Below, piece after piece: positions 53,681 to 64,000 of a DNA stretch of 64,000 nucleotides. The number at the start of each line of letters is the position of its first letter. Within the stretch, counting starts at the first letter, position 1. A program made the position numbers and the translations under genes. The notes under the pieces were generated by a model. It was given only the letters and a program-made list of their open reading frames with translations, did not search any database and had not been told where the DNA came from. The stretch is from Chlorokybus atmophyticus. Its lineage: Eukaryota; Plantae; Mesostigma and Chlorokybus algae. The stretch is from contig RHPI01002836.1 of assembly GCA_009103225.1 (NCBI GenBank), forward strand, positions 62,001-126,000. The letters run 5' to 3'.

Positions 53681-55118
53681 CCAGTGGTGCCACACATGGA
53701 TAGCCTCTCCATACCAATTATGGACTTGCATGCTTGTAATGGGGCTCATTTGTAAGATTTTATAACCGCGTGATTGCAATCGCCATAACTTAATAAGCTT
53801 GTCTTGCTATTACTGTGACTTTTAATAGATGCGAGCGCACTCATGTGCAAACTTATGTGGCCAACACATGTATAAAAGTGTAATGCATGTTACGAATATT
53901 ACTTACATCAATAAATAATGTCATTGCGATTTAATAATATACATGTAACAATGTAAAGTACTATGATACGAGTGGTAATAACAATGGTATCGGTCAACTT
54001 TTATTATAAACATTCACGTAACAATTACGCACATCTGCATGTGATCTTAAAAGAGTGGTCTAAATATGCATGTCACACGAGGTTGTAATTCTCAATAATC
54101 ACGCGTGTGGCTATTGCATATCTGGTATGAGACGCACATAAGGCATTTAACATTGTGTGCCATTCGTAGCTTGCAATGTACGGCATGCTGTTGAACAAAT
54201 TATTTTTTTTACATGCGATGCTTAACAGATTCACCCCCATCCTACCCCCCCGCTCTTTTTTAAGTATACACAAGTAAAACAAACAAGTCTCCGCAAATTA
54301 ACAACAAATCAGTAAATTCCTGGAAAGTTAATGATACCAGCAAGTATATTACTTACCTCATGGCCGGTTTAAACAACTCCCAAGGATAGCGGGTAGTCGA
54401 ATGCTCGTGGCATGAAATCTAGCCATGCTTAAGCCAAGGGGCCCAGCTGGCAGCTGATGTTCCTCATACCGGCAGCATGCTGTCAATGAGTATGCCGCAA
54501 CTTTTTGGTGCAGCAGTCCGACGTGTCCTGTACGGCTTGTTACGTGGACCATCGGACGGTCCCAAGTGGATGCTCTTCCTGCGAGGCATCTTTGATACCG
54601 CATCGACGGTTAAAAGGTCGCGCCGTGAATGCATTCCACCTTCTTTGATAATTAAACGGCGCAGCCTGCCCGCCTGGCAGTGCGCCGTCCGTGGACGCCT
54701 TGTCAATTCCCTCACGCGCGCACAGCGATATCATCAACACGAAGCTGATAACTTCCTGTTTTCCTCTTGCGCTGCATGTTTTTACCATTGATAGAACATG
54801 TTGATATTCTCTGTCAGCTTAGCAGGTGGCACGCCACCCCCTGGCGTGGCGGTGGCGGCGGCGGTGGAGGTGGGAGAGGCGGCGTGGGTGTTTGCGCGCT
54901 TGTCGTGTCGTGTAATTTGGCTGGAGTTGTGGTACAGTGTCAAGACCCAGTGAACGAGACGTGGTGGAGTTGGGTTCTTAGCTGACGCTTGGGCCGAGGC
55001 TGAGGCTAAGGCTGAGGCGTGAAGGTGCTGGAGTCATGGCCTTGCTGTAGCCCTCTGATCCTGCTGGTCGTCCTCCTTAGTATCTGCCGGCACAGCAGGG
55101 CTTTATGGGCGTGTGTCC

Positions 55119-57587
55119 ATGAGACGGCATTGTCCCCTGGCGGTGGTGGTGCTGAGTACGCTGTGCTTGTGGCATGCAACGGTGGCTGCTAATGGCGAAA
55201 GCATGTAAGACGCTTTCTGGTCATCAGTCATTACTTAAAATACTGGTGGTCTAACAACCAGGTTTTACTTAAGCATGGTGTTTGCGCTCGACATCACTTG
55301 ACATGACAGCACACTGCATGCATGTGCACGATGTGTGTAACAATTGAAATTAGTGTAAGCTGTTATACGATCGTTACGTTTTGTCAAGCGACATGTTGGC
55401 TCTGTTGCCTCATGGCTGCAGCGCAGTGTGGGCTTTGCATGGCGGTTCCTACAAAACACAGCCCACATTGTGGAGTAAGTATAAACGTATAACTTGCCAA
55501 GCTTGCAATGCAATTGGGAGGCAGCAAGCACAAGCAACAGAGACTTTCACAGCCTGTTACCCAAGAGGAACATAGCCACTGCAAGGACTGCGTCCAACAT
55601 ACCCACACAGCCATTGTTGCACAAGAAGCTTGCGCAATTTGCCGACATCGAGTTGATGTCACTTGTGTGCTTGAAGTATTGTATATAAGTGCTAGTCGGG
55701 CCCGTGCTGCAGCTATATGCGGTACTTTATGAAGTGACAGGTGTACTGGTCCATGAGCTAACTGGAATTGTTTCTCATCAGCTTGGTCAACCCTTTACTC
55801 TGAGTAATAGTAGTGATAAATGTGCCCAACACTTTGTCTCTAGTTAAGGCCAATCTGTATTAGCTCAAGGGTGTTACTCAAGGCGTACGTACTGCTGATA
55901 GCTGCTTGTGCTGGCTGCAGAACACCGTTTTTATACCAACGAGGCGTTACACAGACAGATTCAGCGGTAAGGGAGCTATGGCGGTGATGGGTTTACATCA
56001 AACCAGCACAAGCACAAGCACTACTGGCTCATTGTTGTGATTGAATCAGTCAGGGGTGTTGTGTTATGGCCGCAAGGCAATCCCGAACCTGTTTATGATT
56101 GGCGGGCAGAAGTGTGGGTCGACCACGTTGTGGGCTTATCTTGTCCAGTAAGTCTAACTGCGCTTCTTTCTGTTGCACGTTGCCACTGTGAGTGTGCTTG
56201 CAAGTGTCCGTGCATGTGCACGCCTGCACGCGCGTATAAATGCGTGCACGTGTGCAACTTGTACACTTTGCACAAAGGTTGACACATAATTAGTCTACAT
56301 TGCTTCATGACGCAGGGACCAGTTTGGGAAAGGGTTCGTGTATTCCAAGCCCAAGGAGATAGGGTTTGTCAACCAGCATGGCTTGCCGAGAGAGGAATGG
56401 TTGGACACCTACTCTAAGTACTTTCCAGACTGCACCCATCCAAGGATTGCCAATGCGGTAAGGGCAGTGTATACCATACCATATATAGAATTAGAGGTTT
56501 GCATGTCTGATGCAGTTGCATTGTTTGCAGAGCGTGCGTTGGGTCATGGATGGCACACCCAACACATTGCTTTCGCTGCAATCGCCGACGCTCATTCACA
56601 GCACATACAAGCGCCACAATGCAATCTCAAATTTGAAGTTTATGGTAATATTGAGGGATCCAATCGCGCGCACAATGTCTTGGTGAGCTTCTTGCCTTGG
56701 TGGTCTACAGCATTACAAAGTTGTAGTCGCATGCAAGTAAACATAGGTGTGACTGTGCACGCGCAAGCAATTGCATGTGCATTGACCATGCAATCTCATG
56801 CGCACATGCTTGCTCCTATGCAGATGTGCGTCCATAGCTTACTGGTGACGTTTGTGCTGACTTCTTAGGTTTGCACACATTGGTCGCAAATTCTTGAACG
56901 TGCCATGCTCGGTCACGTTCGATGACTGGGCTGCTGAAGAAGTAGCGCGCGTGAATGCATGCCTGGCTGAAAACCAAAGAATGGAAAGAGCCGCGGTAAC
57001 TGTCCACTGCATGTGGCAGAACTGTCATTCATGTGGCACGTACTTATACGCTTCATGTTCCATAGCTTTATGCTCGCTGCCATTCGGGGTTACTTGGCAG
57101 CTGGTATGGCCTGCAGCTGCGCTCATGGTTCCACCTGTTCCCGCCCTCGGCAAGTGTTGACCCTTCGCCGCGGCCCGCAGACTCCCCTCTGGCCAGCCAG
57201 CGGTGGCTTATCATTGACTTCGAGGACCTCAGCAATGAGCCCGACCTTATCTTGCAGAAGGTGAGTATAATATTTTAGGTATGAGTGCTGCATACATGTG
57301 CCTGAGATGTGTCTCTACAGGTTTTCTCCTTCCTTGCCATCCCGTTTACGCTGCCTTTGCCATCCACACACGAGCACCGCAACACGCGAGATAAGCACCA
57401 GTTTTGCCCTGCACCCTCAATAAGCAGCGCGACCAGGGAGTTGCTGCATAACTTCTTCAAACCTACGATGTTAGAGTTGAAGGAGCTGTTTGCGAAATAT
57501 GGGTTGTCCGACTCCTTGCCCAAGTTTGTGGGACGGGCTGAAAGGGGAGAGTTTGAGGGTAGCAGTGAAAGTACTCACCACGATTAG
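55119..57587 (+). CDS. Secretory-pathway PAPS-dependent sulfotransferase of the heparan sulfate 3-O/N-sulfotransferase-like fold
   Basis: Signal/anchor MRRHCPLAVVVLSTLCLWHATVAA; 5'-PSB motif IPNLFMIGGQKCGSTTLWAYL (~56078-56140); KPKEIGFV..WLDTYSKYFP; VMDGTPN; 3'-PB motif LKFMVILRDPIARTMS; WYGLQLRSWFHLFP; LIIDFEDLSNEP..LQKVFSFL; TRELLHNFFKP. Confidence 0.85.
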
Positions 57588-60500
57588 TCCAATATGGATA
57601 CACATGATGTCGTGGTTGAACAGTGGGATTCCTAACTAATTACTGATGTAGCACTTGGCAAACGCAGACCTGTGTTCACTTCACTTAGCAGTCATAAACC
57701 ACTTGAACGGTGGAGCCCCAAGCAATCAAGTCCGGCCCGCGACAACGTCATCTACTCTGTGACTGTAACTTGCATGTGGTAGGCGGGCGGGTGTTGTCGC
57801 CCTGGATGCCGTCGTGCATGTAGTGGTACTGCATGTACTATGATACCGTATAGAGTCTATGCCTTTACTGAGTTGTGCGTAGAGTAGAGAGGCAACAAGC
57901 GGCCTTAACGCGGCGTCAATGTGATATATTGCGCTTGGATGGGCTTCCATATTGCAATGGTTTTGACGTTGCTCGTAGTAATTCAGCAAACAGAGTGAGC
58001 ATGCATGGATACATGTAATGCATTGTCACTTCGCGGTATTGCATAAGGCCCAATTTATTGAGAACCACTATTATATGAGGTACAAAGCCCCTTGATACAT
58101 GGCCCCAAACCATTGTTGCGGGGCTCCGGGGGGGATGGTNNNNNNNNNNNNNNNNNNNNNNNNNNNNNNNNNNNNNNNNNNNNNNNNNNNNNNNNNNNNN
58201 NNNNNNNNNNNNNNNNNNNNNNNNNNNNNNNNNNNNNNNNNNNNNNNNNNNNNNNNNNNNNNNNNNNNNNNNNNNNNNNNNNNNNNNNNNNNNNNNNNNN
58301 NNNNNNNNNNGGGGGGGGGGGGGGGGGCGCAATGAGTTGCGCTGATATTAACATAACTCGTGCTTGTTAAATGTAAGCTACTTGCCCCATGAGTTAGTGG
58401 GGCAGATTGCTCATGTGACATGGGGGGGGGAGGAAAAAAGTAAAAACCATTTAGCGTAAAATTGCTCATCATCATTGCATACAATGTTACTCACATAAAC
58501 ATCGACTAGGTGTATCAATAGATGATGCATAATGTTCTTCTCGTTGGTTGTATAACACCTATGATGGTATGAGGTGATGGCATGTACATTTCTGTATGCC
58601 GCGTTACATATCATCTCGTAAATATAAAGCACGTTTCATATAGGCTCCCTAAAGTTTTTATGATCACTGCTTTATTACTCAACACCAAATGGATACGAGT
58701 ACCAAGAAAAGTATCGTGGTATTGTACGTACCGTAGCCATCATGTATAATGTCCATTTAACCATTCGTATCAATACAAGTACTAGAGGTAGTAAAGTAGC
58801 CATCATACATGATGGCCACTGTATCAATCCACACTTGTATATATTGCATGTATTGTAATTTGATGTGATGATCTGTTTGCCGTTGGGCGCGAATTTACAA
58901 ATTATGTAGTATAAACTGATATCCGTGTCATATATGTCTCTCTTTCCCGATACATATATAAGCAACATTTGCAAGCCAACACGAGAACAATTATGTCAAT
59001 ATGTATTACTTGTAGTGTATCACCTGCACGTGGACATTGTATAACTTTATAATGACAAAAAACGCAGCATGACGTGATCCGAATAACTCGGAGTGGGCAA
59101 TCATGCAATAGCACATGCTATACCATGCATACTATAGTATCATGGCCATTTGCATCACTACTGCCACAAACGTCACCATGACGCTACCTTGGGGACATCT
59201 CGCCTGCAAGGATGGTGTGTCAACGTCGGACCAGACCTTCTCCAGCTGGCCCGGTACCTGAGCCGGATCTGATTCGCTTTGCTTGCTTGCATTTGGAAAA
59301 TAGCATTCACCCACACTAACTCGGTGTCGGTGAATGCTTAGGCCCAAGCCCTTACACGTCTCTTAAAGCCAAACACCTTAGCAAGCGAGAGCAGCCATAA
59401 AGTGTGGCCACAGAAACAGAGCGCCATTAGTCAGATATATCGCCGTTAGCGGCAGAGGCGGTGAGGATGGTGGAGGAGCAAGAGGAGGGATGAAAAAGGG
59501 GGAATGGGAGCAGGGACTTGCATTGCCGCCTGCCCAGCACAGATTACGCCGCAAGCTTTTCAAAACAATGAAGTGAAGGAGCGAGCACACATGCCAATGC
59601 AGCTGTTCACGCTTGCTTGCTGCACACTCTCTCTTCAAGTCTTTACTGTGCTACTCGTGATCGCTAATTCCTGCCGCAATTTGTTTTGTAAGCTAAGCAC
59701 AGGTCCAAGTCAACCAATTGCTACTCTCGTGGTTTGCGTCTCTAGAACATGCATTTTACTAAGCTTGCTTGCTGCACGCTCTTCAATTTTGTTTTGCTGC
59801 TCTTCAACACTTCCAAGCAATTGTTTTCGCAATTTGCTAAGTACTTGTTGCTGCTGTCGTGTTACGATGTTTGTTTGTATATGCCGTGGTTTCTTTCACG
59901 CTGTACGTTTGGCAACGCATGCGAGCTGTCGCCGCAATGATTGGTAATCATTGCTCCCCTTCAGCAAAAGTTGCGGAAGCAAACTGAACCATTGGTGGCA
60001 CGTGCGCAAATTGAGGTTGAAATGGTGGTGGTGGAGGGTTTGTTCCGCTGCGGCGACATAGTATTGAGCACAGTTCCAACCGACATCAACGCGTCGACTG
60101 TCATAGACTATCTGCGGCGGTTCTTGCCAGATGGGACGTTAACCATCTCCATTCGACATATCTCCTTCCGCAGGCCCGGTCTACTAGTCTTGAAGGCAGC
60201 CTCCATGAAGCCCTCCACAATAGCTAGACTTCTTTGCGTACCCTAAAGCAGATGTTTCAGCAACAATGAAATCCGATGGTTCGGCTCCATTGACATGGCG
60301 GGTGAGTTAAATTCCAGCAGTATGTCCAAATAAAATGCTCATAAGCACGCATCTTGCACGTTAACACTTGTTCAGCTTGTCATTTCAATAGCAGATAGCT
60401 TGTGGTGCTATGGTGAGCGAGTTTAACAAGTTTGGCAAGCTTTGCGTCTTGCTTCGTGAGGTGTGCACTTTAGTCTTGGTCATTGCAATAAGCCGGGTTG

Positions 60501-62979
60501 TGACGATTCTCACCTCCGTCTTACTTCGCGCGCCCAATTCAACGCAGCCATTCGCTAAAAGCAGGGCGCGAAGCTGTGTTCTTTGGTGTTTTGTTTCGTT
60601 CTTGTGGTGCGTTCAAAGGGCACGCACTTTTACTCTTATAAACACATGTTAAAAACACTTGCGCACACATTGTCATATTCAATAACATATCTCAATGATT
60701 GTTTAATCACTCATCGGTGATATTGTGAAAGCACATTGCCGCAAGCTGCATAACCCAGTTAATGGTATTGGTATTTTTAATCTTAACATGCCACACTTAT
60801 GCGTTGACCAACCTCGTGGATACTTTGCAATGATTCCGCATATTAAAATGAATGCTATTCTTAAAAGGGTATTTTAGTAAGGATTACCATTATTGTAACA
60901 AGTACATTATACACATGCATCATAATAGTATGAAACACAGTGCAGTTCATCATCAGCCTAGTGTTATATGTGTATAAATATGACATTAGCATTATTGAGT
61001 GCTTCTGAGCATTGTGAGATACTTATTATGATTACATGCTTTGCATACACTATGGCAAATCAACATATATTCAAACATGCTTTTGAGATGATGAGCAAAA
61101 TTCGCGTTTAAATTTTGATGTACTTTAATGCTTGAAGCATGGTGTATGATATTATCTCACTAGTGTGTGAAATGCAAAGTAGTAACAGATTGTACAATTA
61201 CATTTACATTACGCACTTCTATGCGCCAACATCCAACAGTAGAATGGCTACTGTACTATTTTCAATACTTGTACTGATAATCATTGTAAATCAGACTTTT
61301 TTTGACACTAAGTTGCCAACTGTGTAAATGTGATCTATACTTGTGCCATATATGATCGAAAGCAAAGTTTGAGGCCATTACGAGAAAATTGGCATTGAAA
61401 TTGTAAGGTTACAGTGTAGCACCCTTACAATTTCAAAGCACACCAAAATTGCATGACCCAGTGATTAATGACGAGATAACACATGCTATCTGAATCATAA
61501 CATGGCTATCATTCTTGCAATAGCCTGAATGCATGGTAACAATTACATGTGATACTCACTTGCGCATACGGTATTATGACTCGGATGTTGTTCAATTAAT
61601 AGTACTATAGCACAATGCGCAGCCGCAGGTTGCATTTTCGTAAGCATGTCAAGTATTTTTATGCTTTACTCGTGCGCTATTCAGCTCGTTGGGTATGTTT
61701 TAATAGATGTATATATCACAAGAAGTGCTCTCATAACAAGGTGTGGCTTTGGAGGTCTACTTTGGTTGTGGCATGTTACATAAGTTGCATTAAAATAGTA
61801 CTGAATGCAAAACAACTACTGGCCAAGCTAGTGTTGAAGGAAATTACAAGTGTACGAGTATACTTGTAATGATTTCCTTCATCGGTACACTTGCGTTTTT
61901 AGCCATGATTTCTCCAATTACAAGATGTTTTTGCTGCATGTAGACTACATCAAATATTATATCGCAGTATAACATTTATTGTACAACGAGTTTCACCTCA
62001 CATAGCACAATGTCATTTTTGAATGTAATGTGGTCATCTTACGGTGTTAAAAGGCCAAGAGAGAGAGAGATGTGTGAGGTGTGTGTGCGTGTGTGTGTAA
62101 CACAACAAGGGTGTTGTCAACTGATATGTAACGGAGCCAAAGGGCTCTATATATAATGCATAAAAATAGAAAAAGCCATAAATACCATAATGGTCTTTTA
62201 TGGCTTAAACGGTTGGACCCTCGCCGTAAATTAATACATTAAATAGTATCATGCAGTCTCATTTCTATAATATAATATAATAGCGTTGATATTTCATTAG
62301 CCCATCCTCGTGTTAGTGGTTGGCCCTGCTTCTTTTGTCTTGCTCCACATTGCACGCACCGCGGTGCGTGCAAGGTACGTACCTTGCCGTTATGCAATAA
62401 TGCACAATACATAACAATAATATTATCAACTAACATTTTAAGCCGTTCCCCCGCCTTGGCTTGCTATGCTTCAGGCTTTGTATGGCAAAATGTATGGTGT
62501 TACAATGCGGTCTTGTGAGGTGGTGGTGAGCTGATCTTGCATGCACTTCTATATCTCATGTGTAGTGTAACATGTACAAGTTTAACACTTAAACCTTTGC
62601 ATGAGCGAAAAAGTACAATCTTGGTGGCGAGTTTGTCGGCAGCAAACTATGGGGTTGCTTTGAAAGCGTGTTATGGCTCTATGATATTTGTCAGCTTTAA
62701 TAACATTTGCAGATGCATATCATGAATGATAACAATCAGCACGACTTTTAAAGTCTGTATGCAAATGTTCCTCATCATCCTGAATCACCTTATCTTATCA
62801 GCATCTTAACGTACTGATGTCGTCATTTATTAAAGCAGCTTTGATGTATACATGTATATGGAACATAGCTGTATATATGGTATTACAGCCACACAAGTGC
62901 ACATGACACGCTAAGTTTAAAGGTACAGTCGTCGTTAAATGTATAATTTGCATCAGCCACACTATGTGATGATTCAGTT

Positions 62980-63650
62980 GAGTTTGGAAATGTTAGCATT
63001 GTGCCAAATATGAGAACCCCTTAAACTCAGGTCGATCAGATTGAATGAGGCATAGCTATGCCTTATTATTTTACAATCTGATTGAGGCCCATTCACACCA
63101 AAGCTGCGCCAACCATGCTGGCCCAGCAATTGCCTTGGCTGCGGGGCTGCGGTGAAGTCCCGCCAGGGACAACTTCGTGCAAACGCATCATAGGCAGCCG
63201 TTGACAACACTGACGCGCCGACAACTCAACTCGCGACTCGCATGTCAACGTCGACTCTTAACCATCTTTCAACGTCTCGCTGCGACGGACCTCGCGTCAC
63301 CGTCCGATCGGTCATCCAACGACCGGCTTAAAGCCGCGCTGTCATCAAATAAGCCAACGGCTAGCTCTCATATGTCATTCGCCTCAAAACTGGCAAACTG
63401 GTGAGCTTTGCACCCGTGTTTGTGCGTAGCTTTGAGGCGGCGGCAGCGGGTTTGCTGTTGTCTTTGTCGTTGTGAGCATTGTTGGCATCGCCCTGCGAGA
63501 GGTGTGTTAGCGTCTCTGCTTGTTTTCTTGTAGTCACAGCGGCGGCTGAAGCCTTGCAAGGCCAACTGTAAGAGGGGTTTAGGCGCTATGACGACAAAGG
63601 CGTTGAGGGCGCAGTTCGAGAACAAGGAGAACGCTGCTGTTGCGGCGGCG
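62980..63650 (-). pseudogene. Possible decayed Mutator-like transposase N-terminal fragment
   Basis: Frame-broken fragments ELAVGLFDDSAAL...KMVKS...C...CPWR(L)HRSP...AW resemble the MuDR N-terminal domain. No DDE core was found. Confidence 0.2.
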
Positions 63651-64000
63651 GCGATGGCGCCATGGATCAAACCAACGGTAAGAGTATGCAGGCATGGAGC
63701 ATTCTCATCCACGAAACACGTTGATAGCTGTTGGCTGGTTGAAGAAACAGTCGAAAGGTTGTTAGCCCAATGCAAAGCATACTCCTTCTAAGTGACAAGC
63801 TTGCATGACAGGGAGATTGTTCATTTGCATACTACCTGCCCGACATGTTGTGTGTGTTATGTGCCTCTGTGTGTCTCGCATTCACCATCAAGATTATTGT
63901 CGTCATCAGCGCCAGCTGTCCCTGGCCATACCATCGGAGAATGTCCCACCGAGGGCGCCCGCCTCCCCCAACGTGCTGCGAAACAGCACCAACTCAGAGC

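Noticed and set aside
59130-60650. Coiled-coil-like repeated segments and ORF 59941-60246
   Set aside because: There are multiple stops and no recognisable domain or splice-consistent model. It is probably decayed repeat DNA.

Overview
Eukaryotic green-algal (Viridiplantae) nuclear DNA with intron-rich genes, CA/TG-rich introns and four N-gaps; the species cannot be fixed from sequence alone. About 1-12 kb and 21-30.5 kb are nested transposon graveyards. They contain a decayed Ty3/gypsy element carrying a PHD finger after integrase, which is interrupted by a solo-LTR-like insert and by a 2.1 kb TIR element with a TTA target duplication. They also contain two copies of a gag-only family, a 509 bp TRIM with 79 bp LTRs, and two inverted ~1.5 kb motif-array modules. 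Genes I reconstructed by hand across introns are a thylakoid-lumen CAH3-like alpha carbonic anhydrase, tandem F-box-like pseudogenes, a ZCCHC8-like NEXT subunit, a fungal-type Mug135-like small protein, VPS26, organellar DNA gyrase A, plastid thioredoxin-like 4, a Pro/Gln-rich membrane protein and a secretory heparan-sulfate-type sulfotransferase. All protein assignments come from motif recognition and recalled family sequences; no searches were run.
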